NCBI RefSeq assembly: GCF_001194135.2
Contig: NC_068994.1
Span: 32,646,192 to 32,710,191, forward strand
Direction: 5' to 3'
Origin: Octopus bimaculoides
Taxonomy: Eukaryota
DNA: 64,000 nucleotides
Part shown: piece after piece, positions 51,237-63,627 of the stretch
Position numbering within the stretch: position 1 is the stretch's first letter
Layout of the letters: every line of letters starts with the position of its first letter
The notes under the pieces: model-generated
What the model saw: only the letters and a program-made list of their open reading frames with translations
The model's database searches: none
What the model was told of the DNA's origin: nothing
Made by a program: the position numbers and the translations under genes

Positions 51237-51536
51237 CAGGGGTTTCCAAATGGGTCCTGAGGACCCCCTAGCGGTCGGTGAGCAACTACAGGGTGTCGAT
51301 GATAGCCAAGGAGTCGAATGGGGGGGTGGTGCGAAAGAGCAGCTCATCCAGATGAACTGCTTGAAATAGTCAGCACCATGAAACGTGAAAGCATGATAAA
51401 TTTTCGCTGTTGCTAACGTTCGAGGCCGGATGTGGCTAAAGGGGGTCGATGTGGAAGGAGAAGTGGCTAAAGGAGGTCGATGCGGAAGGAGAAGTGGCTA
51501 AAGGGGGTCGATGGTCGAAAAGTTTGGTGACCTCTG
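51237..51536. mobile_element. 300-bp hAT (Charlie-like) MITE with an 8-bp TSD
   Basis: TIRs caggggtttccaaa / tttggtgacctctg. Flanks are acctaagg (51229-51236) and acctaaga (51537-51544), a 7/8 match with central TA. Three subterminal gtggctaaagg(g/a)ggtcgat repeats at a period of about 31 bp. Confidence 0.85.
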
Positions 51537-54500
51537 ACCTAAGAGGAAAACCAAAACAAATACGTCTGGTAAAGAAAATCGTGCAAGGGAGATAACCTGT
51601 AATGTATTCGATGTTTTAAAGGGAAATAATTCTTGATTGAAATTATTCAGTAACAATTATTTCTAATACAGTAACAGATTTTTTCATCCCACTTCCAGAA
51701 ATCCAGGAACAGTGTACAATATCAAGCTATATACCGAAGCCTGTATTCAGTAAAGAGGTCCTGCTTTTGAAGTTGGTTAATTTGCATATGGTATGTTAAA
51801 TAAGAGTTTTGTGGTTTACTTTTTTAAGTGGATTAATAAAGATGCTCTATTCTAGAAGCGTATGAATTCATACTTGCATCTGTTAAATAATATCGTGTTT
51901 TTAAATTTTTTTTCTTTGTAGCAAACTCATAAGAGGCGGAGAGAGAACATAGGTTCATTGGCCCGAACAGAAGAAATTGTTGATTTCTCATTGGTCAAAA
52001 ATTACTGCCCATATACGAATTCTGAACTTTCATTAAAGAAATCTTTCACGAAGTACGGTTCTTAGAATCCGTGGATGAACAGTTATAAAAACCCTGATTT
52101 GGGGAAATTCTCCAGTGATCGTTGATTATCACTCAAATCCACGACACTCACCCTTTTGAGTATCTGCTAATCTTTATGCCATGTCCATTACTCAAATCCA
52201 ACAAGATTGAATTGTTGTGAACTTTAGTAGTTAATATGAAAGATTAGTTAGTGTAAATTTTAAGTCGTAATTCTCTACGACAAAACGACCTTACTTTCCA
52301 ATTGTACTATAAATGTCAAATGTACATAAATAAACTAATGTAGAAATTATTTTGTTTTACTTCACGTTCTTTCAACTTGTTAAATTTATTTCTGTATTTA
52401 TGAAACTGTATTTTTTTTATGTAACGGTTAAAAGAATACGAATCCATATCTTCAACATACATGCACGCATTAAACGCACGTTCAGCGTCTTGGTATGTAT
52501 AATTCATCATAACATTTACGCAGCCTGAATTAAGAGTTATGCTTAGTGATAAATACTTATGATTAAGTTATAAGTGACGAGTTTACCATAATAGCTTCTT
52601 ACTTAAGAAATAATAATATTTGTTATACCTTACAATCAAAAACATTAAAAATAAGATACAGTATTCGCCTCCGACCGTCACATAGAATCTTCATTTAATT
52701 TTCATGCTATAAACATTGCACTAATACATGTTGCAGTGTAATATATTTTAAGGATTCTAAGTGGATTAACAGACATCAAACGGACCCTGTTTTAAATGTG
52801 AATGAATTAAAATCTGTCAAATACAATTTTACTACTTTACAGTTCATAGTTTATTTTATATCGTAAGTATATATTTAGACTATTTCCAGAAAACCGGGGA
52901 CACTTCCAGTCCCAAACTCACCGAATCCAAACTGTCTTAACATATGCACAGCCGAGCATAGTGGATCATACATGTACAACTTGACCTACACTTTCTGACA
53001 GCCTAAGTGTTGGTATATTTTTCTGTTAACAAATCCGGAGACAGAAGGAAGAGCTACAGTGAAGTTTTAGTTATACAGACCTTCTGGAATGTATCGCCAT
53101 ATATGGTAGCTGGAGCCAGCAGTTCAAGGTAACAATTTATCAATGAGAGTTTTATAGCAAGTTGTGTGTTTTGATATTTACAGTCATACGTAAATTAGCT
53201 CAAATCTTTGTATTTTTGTTTTGAAATGATTTAGACACAAATTAGGCTTTTACTAATTAAAATCTCCGATCAAAATTGAACAAGAATTTCAGTTCCTGAA
53301 AAATTGCATCCAGATAAAAGTCAACCGCTACTGTATAAGTATATGGCTTGAAATCAGAGTAAAGTCTAATGTATTAGATAAACGCAAATATGTTAGGTGT
53401 AATAACCTCGGGTGTATTTAGCAAAGTTTAGTTTGTTACAAGATTTCAGGCCAAATGACCATTTTGAAGATGTTTTTCTCATATCATAATACGGATATCG
53501 ATAAAACTGAAAAGTCCCAGGTTTTGGTTAAAAAGAAAATATCGGAGAATCAATTAATTATAATTTTATTCAACATATTCCCCTCTCAGATTCACACACT
53601 TACTGCAATGGTCCTGCAGTTTTTGCTAAGCCCTGTGAAAGAACTCGGAAAGCTGAGCCCCCAATCAGACTTTTCGCAACACCCTTAAAGCCATGAACGT
53701 TTCAGCAATCCCTCGTAAATTTGTGAAATGTTAAACAAGCCTGACAAGACAAGTGAAGGGACGAGACTGGAGCACGCACTGATACACTGAACTATTGGCT
53801 ATTTTCTGATGTTTAACCAGGAACTTCTTATAACCAAATATGTAGAAGAGGTGGGGGAACAAGTTGGTACTTGATTTGTGTTTTATTTTATAAGATTTGA
53901 ACTCGAAACGTAAAGAGCCTGAAGAAATGACGCTAAATGTTTTGTCTAATGTGCTAACACTTCTGCCAGCGTGCCACATTGAGACTTATTTACAACCAGG
54001 TAAGATGAGCTAACAGAAAGTAAAAGGCCAGAGATAAGATGCGGTCTCCGCGGTTGGACACGAAGTGCCAACCTTTCTATTCAGTGATCGTCATGCTGTC
54101 ATCTTGTGTGTGTGTGTGAGTGCACGCCAAGTAAATCCAAGAAAATATACTGTCACCTTGTCTGTATGTGTATTTGTGTGTGCGAGAGAGAGAGAGAGAA
54201 ATAAAAACGAAAAAGTAAATTTCTCGCTTCTCAGTAAATCCAAGACAAGACAAGAAAATACATGACCATCTAAGGGAAATAACTGCTACTAGACAACCTT
54301 GCACTGCAAGGGAAATAACTCTTCCAACGAGCCAATTTTTATGTTCACTGAATTTTCCAATGTCATGTCCAATTAAATGAAACATTTTAATTCAGTTGAG
54401 GCAAAACAATGATCTAACTACAGTATGGCATTTTGCTTAAATTTATTCTGATTCCATCATCAGCATCAGTATTTCAGCTTTTGTTCACAATCGTCCCCTT

Positions 54501-56129
54501 TGTTTTTTCTTTTTTATTTGTTTCAGTCGTTAGACTGCGGCTATGCTGGGGCACCACCTCAAAGAATTTTTGAGTCGAATGAATCGATCCCACTACTTTT
54601 TTTTTTCTCCAAGTCTGGAACATATTCTATCGATCTCTTTTTGCCGAATCGCTAAGTTACAGAGACGTAAACAAACTAGCACCAGTTGTCAAGCGGCAGA
54701 AATGGACAAACACAAACATAAAGGCACAAACACACGCGCGCGCGTGACGGCTTTTCTGCAGTTTCCGTCAACCAAATCCACTCACAAGGCTTTGGTCGGC
54801 CCGAGGCTGTAGCAGAAGATACCCAAGCTGTCACGTCAGCGCCTGTGTGTATTTTTCTTTCTTTCTTCCACCCCACTTCAACCTTAGGCTGGTTACTCGG
54901 TTTCCGTGGCGTATAAAGCACTGAGATCACAAGACTCTCCTTGAACGGGACGCTAGTCCGTTTGCAGGATTCATGGCCAGTAATTTTAACTGGAGGGGAC
55001 AAGTCGACGACTTCATCCCCAGTACTTGACTGGTACTTTATTTTATCGAACTCGAACAAATGAAAGGTGAAGTGGAACCTGACAAATTTTGAACTCAGAA
55101 CAGAAGGAGCCGGAAGAAATGCTGCTAAATCTTTTTCCGACATTCGATTGTGTCAGCAGTTTGCCCCCCTATATGTGTATTTGTCTTGACTCAGGTATAG
55201 TAAGGGTGTCATTTCTACACAGAGATATGTATGTGCATATATATGCATATGTATGCATGGGTGCATGTAATGTTTACCTCTGAATGTGTGTGTGTGTGTA
55301 TGTAAGAAAGGCGACTGGTAGAGTCGTTAAAGTGTCTGATAGAATGCTTTGCGGTTATTCTTTCTGACTCTCTGTATTCTAAGTTCAAATCTCTCCAAGG
55401 TCAACTTTACCTTTCATCCTTTCGGAGGTCAATAAAAAAGGAAAAGTCGATTCTTTTTCTTCGTCTTCCTCGTCGTCTTCAAAGCATAGCATAGCAGTGT
55501 CTCTACGAGTTCCACTGGTGTTGAGGGCACGGACCATCACATAATAACTATAATTATGGTTTCAAATTTTGGCACAAGGCCAGTAAGTTTGGGGGACGGG
55601 ATAAGTCGATTGCATCGACCCCAGTGATCAACTGGTACTTATTTCATCGACCTCGAAAGGACATAAGGAATGTCGACCTCGGCAGAATTTGAACTCAGAA
55701 CGTAAAAACGAACGAAATACCGCTAAACATTTTGCCCGGCGTACTAACGATTCTTTTCTACTCTAGGCACAAGGCCCGAAATTTCGGGAGGGGGGGGGTC
55801 GATTAGATCGATCCCAGTACGCAACTGGTACTTAATTTATCGACTCCGAAAGACTGAAGGGCAAAGTCGACCTTGGCTGAATTTGAACTGATAACATAAA
55901 GACAGACGAAATACCACTAAGCATTTCGCCTGGCGTGCTGGCGATTCTGCCAGATCACCGCCTTTGTATAAAAATAACAATAATAATCCAATAAGAGAGA
56001 TTTGTTCAAATTGGGCCCCAAGCCGAAGATGGTCCAGCGCACACGTTCGACCGAAGGACGCAATGATGAATGTTTAGTAGGCCATTGTGGCTAAAGGTGA
56101 CGCCTCAAACACTCAACGCTTTTTGACTG

Positions 56130-56812
56130 GGATTTGCGTACTACACGAAGCATAAAGCGTCAATCTTCAGCTTTGTTGAATAGAAGGCCCCATTGACAAT
56201 TCTCTAATTGGGTCTCGCACTTCCTAGCGCTGGTGCTGTTCTTCACGACCGTTTTCTCTTTATCTCTCAACAAATCACTGGCCTCGAAAACTGTCTTTCT
56301 TTGCTCTGAACAGATAGAAGTTACAAGAGCGCTGACTAGGCCGATTGCCTGATTTCTTCCCCAAGATGTTTGAGGTTTCGCACTGTAATAATGAATGTTG
56401 ATCATTTTCAGATCTTTATTCGGTCTCTTCCTTCTTCCTACTTCTTTAAGCAGTTTTAGTGTTTTCATGTACCACTCGCTGTTCGCAGTACAGTCATGTT
56501 CCAGAAGATTGTGGAAAATGGTACCATTAATCTCTGTGGCGATCGCTGGCTTTTGGACTTCTGATCTTGATGGGACGGGATAAATCAACGACTTTGACCC
56601 CAATGCTTGACTGGTACTTTATTTTATCGATCCCGAACGGATGGAAGGTAAAGTTGACCCCGGCAGGATTTGAACTCAATATAGAAGGAGCCGGAAGAAA
56701 TGCCGCTAAGAATTTTGTCCGATATACTAACGATTCTATCAGCAGCTCGCCGCCTTGTATGCATATTTGTCTTTACCTAGAACTAGCAGGGATATCATTT
56801 CCAAACGCACAA

Positions 56813-56843
<31 letters not shown>

Positions 56844-57540
56844 TCACGAGTGCGTGCGTATTTAAGACGGTCGACTGGCAGAGTCGTTAGAATGTCGGAT
56901 AGAATGCTATGCGTTTACTCTTTCCAGTTCTCTGCATTCTGAGTTCAAATCCAAAGCTTAAGACTTGGAAAGGAAGTATGACGCCATACCATGAACTGAG
57001 ACTTCACTTACGAGTCATAAAGATATGCCCAGCCTTCATTTCGTGTCACCAGATCGAAAAAAAAAAAATCAAATAAAACGTCTTCGTCGGTCTCAAATGC
57101 TTCTAACAGATCAGAGCAGAGTTTTCACTCTTCATTCTTTCAAATAGGCTGTCAACTACACAGATGTTCACTTTGCACATAATTTACGATAGCCATAGCC
57201 TCACCATTTTCTGTAAAGTATTGCGACACAGTCCAGTTTTGCAGCAAATTCAGAGATTGTAACTCGTCTGTCCGCGCAAACCAGCTCGTCGACTCAATGG
57301 CGATTTGTGTCAGTAGTACCAGTTGATGGTTTCCCACTGCGTGGTTTGTCTTCAATGCTGATTTCCCCTTCTTTAAAAACTTCATCCATTTCTGCACAGC
57401 CGTTGTCTTGTCAGTACAGTCATCTCTGCAAACGACTTACAGCCTTCAGTGGATGCCAGACTGTCTGCACTTTCTAACTCCATTAAAAACTCAAAAATGG
57501 TACTTCGCTTCTACTTAGATCATGTAATGAAAAACAAGAA
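56130..57540 (-). mobile_element. Near full-length decayed mariner transposase interrupted by an insertion of about 380 bp (~56572-56953)
   Basis: In order on the minus strand: FKEGEISIEDKPRSGKPST...DRRVTISEFAAKL (HTH region); DLVTRNEGWAYLYDS...WRHTSFP (WIVTGDETW/YDPE-like); then, after the insert, VQKPAIATEINGTIFH..LLEHDCTANSEWYMKTLKLLKEVGRRKRP. Confidence 0.8.
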
Positions 57541-58059
57541 TTATCATAAGAGAGAAATTACTCGACCAACATGTACATTTTGAAAGACCTGTGTCAGTTA
57601 ATAAAAGATTATGCCCACCTTTACATTACTTCCACAACACTGGCATGTATATGAATACGCTTGAGTGTGTGTGTATACATACATACACACACATATATAT
57701 ATATACATACATACATGCATACATACATACATACATACATGCATACATACATACATGCATACATACATACATACAATTAGAAGACTACAGATTCAAGCCA
57801 TCAATGGAACTGTAAAGATATGTAAAACTTTCCAAAGATTTAGCACATAAATACATATGCATGCATCTAGACATAAAAACGCATCCATAAAACAAACATA
57901 CAAATCTGCGCATACACTAACACCAAATACTGCACACACACAAATATGCACAAATACCTAGATGATGTTGATAAAAGTTCCAATGAAGGAGCCTTGAATC
58001 TATGTTAGAGTCCGGCTCTTTCTCTATGGACAAGAAATACAGAAATGAAACTGATTGAT

Positions 58060-58480
58060 AACATACATACATACATACATACATATGATCGAATCTCCCG
58101 CCGAAGACAACGTATGAGTATTCAAGCTGTAGAACGCATACACAGAGTAGATCTATTCACACGGGCCATCTTCGTGACATTCACCCACCTTTCAACAAAA
58201 GTATTGGGGGGCAGTACTACCCTTTCTGACCTCACTTTGTTTTTTCAAGTGGAACTTGGAAAAGTATCCATCTTCAGTTCTTTAAACCTCGTCTACCACA
58301 CCACCTCTTTCGCTATAGCCACCAGCCCAAGGAAAACTGTCTTCCCTTCCCGGCCAAAAGAAGGCAGCGGGGCAATGAACTCGGCTGATAGTCGGATCCG
58401 TTCTACATGTGTCAACTGCTATTCGAAAAAAAACTCCATGTGCTTCACCTTAGCTGACTCTCTCCGTTAAATCGATGTTG
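58060..58480 (-). mobile_element. L1/Tx1-like LINE ORF2 C-terminal fragment with a (TATG)n tail
   Basis: Frameshifted HVERIRLSAEFI...GREGKTVFLGLVAIAKEVVW*TR...KVRSERVVLPPNTFVERWVNVTKMARVN. Family assignment is from recalled motif similarity only. Confidence 0.55.
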
Positions 58481-58847
58481 TTTGAACAGGGGCACGGTGT
58501 TTCATGCATCAGACGTGGAAGTGATCGAGAACAAGGTGAAATGAAGCATTCTGCTCAAAAGCACAACGCAACACCCTGTCCAGAAATTGAAACCACGATC
58601 TGATGATCGTGATTGCAACACCCTAACCAATAGATGATGTTTCTGACGAGTGCCGTTTCAGGTTTTTCCCTATCTCGAATGAGAAACAGACTGGACAGGA
58701 CCTATAATACTGTACTGTGTGTGTGTGTGTGTGTGTGTGTATTTCGTTTAAGTACTGGTCGAGAGCTCAATGTACAATGCTTCAGAACAAGGCATTGGTC
58801 GAGTACAGAGCGGTAATAAGAAAATGAAATGACAAAGGAATAAACGA

Positions 58848-58977
58848 TTATCTTATGAACTTCATTAGCTTACAGCTGTTTCTGCTATAAAAATACAGTG
58901 GACTCATAGTCCAGTGCCTGTGTAACACTGCATCTGATAGCAGAAATAGCTGCCAGCTAATGACGTTCATAGGATAA
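58848..58977. repeat. Imperfect hairpin with arms of about 40 bp
   Basis: ttatcttatgaacttcattagcttacagctgtttctgctat ... atagcagaaatagctgccagctaatgacgttcataggataa. A related half-copy lies at about 43120-43225. Confidence 0.75.
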
Positions 58978-59052
58978 TTGTTTATTCTTTTGTCATCTAA
59001 TTTCCGTGTGTATATGTATATGTAGATATGTTTGTGTGTGTGTATATATATG

Positions 59053-59086
<34 letters not shown>

Positions 59087-59548
59087 TATANNNNNNNNNN
59101 NNNNNNNNNNNNNNNNNNNNNNNNNNNNNNNNNNNNNNNNNNNNNNNNNNNNNNNNNNNNNNNNNNNNNNNNNNNNNNNNNNNNNNNNNNNNNNNNNNNN
59201 NNNNNNNNNNNNNNNNNNNNNNNNNNNNNNNNNNNNNNNNNNNNNNNNNNNNNNNNNNNNNNNNNNNNNNNNNNNNNNNNNNNNNNNNNNNNNNNNNNNN
59301 NNNNNNNNNNNNNNNNNNNNNNNNNNNNNNNNNNNNNNNNNNNNNNNNNNNNNNNNNNNNNNNNNNNNNNNNNNNNNNNNNNNNNNNNNNNNNNNNNNNN
59401 NNNNNNNNNNNNNNNNNNNNNNNNNNNNNNNNNNNNNNNNNNNNNNNNNNNNNNNNNNNNNNNNNNNNNNNNNNNNNNNNNNNNNNNNNNNNNNNNNNNN
59501 NNNNNNNNNNNNNNNNNNNNNNNNNNNNNNNNNNNNNNNNNNNNNNNN

Positions 59549-59598
<50 letters not shown>

Positions 59599-60684
59599 AT
59601 ATATATATATATATGTGGTTGTTTTTATGTATAGTCATATATTAAAACAAACGCTAATTGAAGTATCATTCAGTACGTTTATTTATAACATATTTTATTT
59701 TACCATGGAAAATGTTGATAGTAACTTCGAAGTTTCGGCCCTGTCAATTTTGTAAGACAGTAAGGTGAAAGCAACTGAGCTTAATGTAGAACACACACTC
59801 AGAGGCGTATCGCAAACTAATTTCTTGTAAGATATAGATCACTTTTAGTATTTGAATTAGGATGATGCTTTATGAGATTCATATTTGTTTAGTTACTACA
59901 TAACATCACTGATATATGTATTACGTATGTTTCCTGACTAAATAGCTTTCGTAGTAGGCCACTATCAGTTTATTTTCACTAGCTCAAGAAGAACGATTAT
60001 TTTTGCGGTGTCTTAAACACATTTGTTTTGTTCCTTTTTATACATTCCAGTCTCTTCATGAATTCAAGTTTCAAGGCCAACTGCTATACAATCGGTAAAG
60101 TTTTCAGAAAGCCTGTGCCTCTCTACACCAGTTAAAGAAGCTAATAGTTGCAGAAACATTTCACGAGAGGCTCCGGTAAAGAGTGTGCGAGTATACATAC
60201 ATATGTAAGTGAAGAATGGAGTAGCTGATATTACATCTATTATAGGGTTTACAGTTGTTTCATCAACAACGTGCGGGTGACAAATAAAACATCACAGACA
60301 GGCATGAAAATAATGATATATTCATGTGCATTTGGTAATATTTATTACATAATAGCCTCCGCTGCCATTTAATCATAACCGGACGAATGGAGATAATATA
60401 TAAACAAAACCGGCAATTTCACTTCTATAAGAAAAATCTTGCACTGGATTCAAGTAAGAGGGGGGGGGGAGTTCAAACACACACTCACTCATGCACACAC
60501 ACACACACANNNNNNNNNNNNNNNNNNNNNNNNNNNNNNNNNNNNNNNNNNNNNNNNNNNNNNNNNNNNNNNNNNNNNNNNNNNNNNNNNNNNNNNNNNN
60601 NNNNNNNNNNNNNNNNNNNNNNNNNNNNNNNNNNNNNNNNNNNNNNNNNNNACACACACTCACTCATGCACACACACACACACG

Positions 60685-60730
<46 letters not shown>

Positions 60731-63436
60731 CATACACACTACAAGGATATCTCTTTTACTCTTTTACTTGTTTCAATCATTTGACTGTGGCCATGCTGGA
60801 GCACCGCCTTTAGTCGAGCAAATCGACCCCGGGACTTATTCTTTGTAAGCTTAGTACTTATTCTATCGGTCTCTTTTGCCGAACCGCTAATTTACGGGGA
60901 CTTAAACACACCAGCATATGTTCAAAATTCGTAACTTTCATTGAGTTATTTCACAAAGACATTGGATATAACCCCAACAAAATTTTTAAATAGTTGCAGT
61001 GTATGCACCTATAGAGGTGAATATGTGTGTGTGTGTATTTGTGTGTATGTGTGTGTATTTGTATTAACAGGACAAAAGACAAAATAAAAGTTGTGATTAG
61101 TTTAAACATCAGAGAAACAGAATATACCCTCAGCGTTTCGGGTGTAAATCATTCATCAGACAAAAGTATTAAGTGAACGAAAGAAAAAAGACAGAGAGGA
61201 AAAGAAAAACAAAGATGAAGAATATTACACGTGTAGAAGCACTACAGCGCCATTTTAAAATGAATTCGACATGGAAAGAAAAATGATTAAGGTGTGGGAT
61301 TTATTTGTGAATGTTTGCATGTGTGTATGTATTTTCATTTTATTTCTTAGTGTGTGATACTAGCATTTTGTGTGATGTGGTTGTAGTTTTGTGTGCGTGC
61401 GTGTGGATGTGTCTGTGTGCGTATGTATGTGCAGACTGAACGTTTGGTTTACAGTGTGTGAATATATGTGTCTGAAATGAAAAGTTGAACGTGTAGATAT
61501 CGTTTTTTTCTCAAACGCTTGAGTGTGTTTTAGTGGAAGTGTGTGTTATTGGTGTGTGTACGTGCTTGTGTGTGTGTATGCACATGTATACATAAGTCTG
61601 TGTGATGACACGTGAAGTGTTTGAAAGAAGAAAATGAGTGAAGAATTAAGATCGTGGCGATGGGGAAGAAATAAGTCAATAAGTCACAATAAGTAACAAA
61701 GAAACAAAAGTTTATTTAATTAGACCCCTGGGATGAAAAATACAAAGTCAACGTTGGTGGTACTTGAACACAGAAACTCAGAAGATTAAATAGAGACGAA
61801 ACCACAAAGCGAAGGAATACTGCCCGACGCTCTACCAATTCTAAAGAATTATATAAAAACAAGATTAAGTCAATCAGAATTAAAATAAACGGCAAACAAA
61901 GGGAAGTAACTATGATATCGAAAAACTAAGTCACGGATATTTACCAGATTTTTTCTTGTCAAAAGCACAGATGGGAGCCTCAGAATCACTTGCTTATGGC
62001 GGCTGTCGCTATTGCTTAGTTAAAAATATCTCAGCTGATAAATTGGTGCAGTCACACCATCAGAGTTCCTGGTTTTGCTCTGTCAAAAACATATAAGTAA
62101 TGGCTTGTCAAACAATCAACAGATTAGGTCTTAATGGATTATGTATGTACACGTACACAAACACACATTAACAGACACATGCACACACATACACACATAT
62201 ATACATACATATATGCATATATATATATATATAAGCTTCTATAAATAGAAGATTAGGTATATATGTGTAGATATATACATAAGCATATATATACGTGTGT
62301 GTGTAATTATGTTGGTTCAAAAGTAATTTAGCGTTTTAAAAGTAATTTTATATGGTATTTTGACCCACCCCACATATACAGGCATGTACACACACCCATG
62401 TATATCTGTATGCACATATATATNNNNNNNNNNNNNNNNNNNNNNNNNNNNNNNNNNNNNNNNNNNNNNNNNNNNNNNNNNNNNNNNNNNNNNNNNNNNN
62501 NNNNNNNNNNNNNNNNNNNNNNNNNNNNNNNNNNNNNNNNNNNNNNNNNNNNNNNNNNNNNNNNNNNNNNNNNNNNNNNNNNNNNNNNNNNNNNNNNNNN
62601 NNNNNNNNNNNNNNNNNNNNNNNNNNNNNNNNNNNNNNNNNNNNNNNNNNNNNNNNNNNNNNNNNNNNNNNNNNNNNNNNNNNNNNNNNNNNNNNNNNNN
62701 NNNNNNNNNNNNNNNNNNNNNNNNNNNNNNNNNNNNNNNNNNNNNNNNNNNNNNNNNNNNNNNNNNNNNNNNNNNNNNNNNNNNNNNNNNNNNNNNNNNN
62801 NNNNNNNNNNNNNNNNNNNNNNNNNNNNNNNNNNNNNNNNNNNNNNNNNNNNNNNNNNNNNNNNNNNNNNNNNNNNNNNNNNNNNNNNNNNNNNNNNNNN
62901 NNNNNNNNNNNNNNNNNNNNNNNNNNNNNNNNNNNNNNNNNNNNNNNNNNNNNNNNNNNNNNNNNNNNNNNNNNNNNNNNNNNNNNNNNNNNNNNNNNNN
63001 NNNNNNNNNNNNNNNNNNNNNNNNNNNNNNNNNNNNNNNNNNNNNNNNNNNNNNNNNNNNNNNNNNNNNNNNNNNNNNNNNNNNNNNNNNNNNNNNNNNN
63101 NNNNNNNNNNNNNNNNNNNNNNNNNNNNNNNNNNNNNNNNNNNNNNNNNNNNNNNNNNNNNNNNNNNNNNNNNNNNNNNNNNNNNNNNNNNNNNNNNNNN
63201 NNNNNNNNNNNNNNNNNNNNNNNNNNNNNNNNNNNNNNNNNNNNNNNNNNNNNNATGATAAAATCAACTTTAAAATGATTGAAACCGGTAGCATATTTTG
63301 ATAAGTATGTAAATATTTTCTTTCTTTTGTCCACGATAAAGTCCCCAAAGCATTTTCTTTTTCTTTTTTTTTGTTAATATAAATTTACTTGTGTGAAACC
63401 TTCGACCTTTTCAATGTATGTATGTATGTATGTATG

Positions 63437-63627
63437 TATGAAGGGGTGCTGAAAAGTTCCTGGCCTTGAGTAAAAGAAAATACAGTTAATTATGATTTTA
63501 TTCAACACATTCCCCTCTCAGATTCACACACTTATTGCAACAATCATGCAGTTTTTCTAAGAACTTGGAAGGTTGGGCCTCCAACCAGGTGTCTATTAAA
63601 GCCAGAAATTTTCAGTGCCCTCTTGTA
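63437..63627. mobile_element. Second copy of the mariner-type MITE (family of 12941-13164)
   Basis: tatgaaggggtgctgaaaagttcc ... gaaattttcagtgccctcttgta, with the shared internal gttaattatgattttatt...ctcag.ttcacacacttattgca. Confidence 0.75.

Noticed and set aside
51431-51515. Three ~31-bp repeats, and the ~65-bp array at 33190-33510, as possible CRISPR-like arrays
   Set aside because: There are no unique spacers, the context is eukaryotic, and both lie inside recognisable transposable elements.
56068-56140. ATGATGA as a possible C-box snoRNA
   Set aside because: No downstream CTGA D-box at a suitable distance and no terminal stem.
58045-58470. 141-aa plus-strand ORF as a host gene
   Set aside because: It is the antisense shadow of the L1/Tx1-like fragment.
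5491-63348. Long ORFs containing X runs or (YI)n, (CV)n, (HT)n, (RE)n, (SL)n
   Set aside because: They are translations of N-gaps and dinucleotide microsatellites, not genes. Gaps lie at 5584-5908, 7638-7968, 8896-9824, 28247-28903, 35548-36077, 59091-59548, 62424-63255 and elsewhere.
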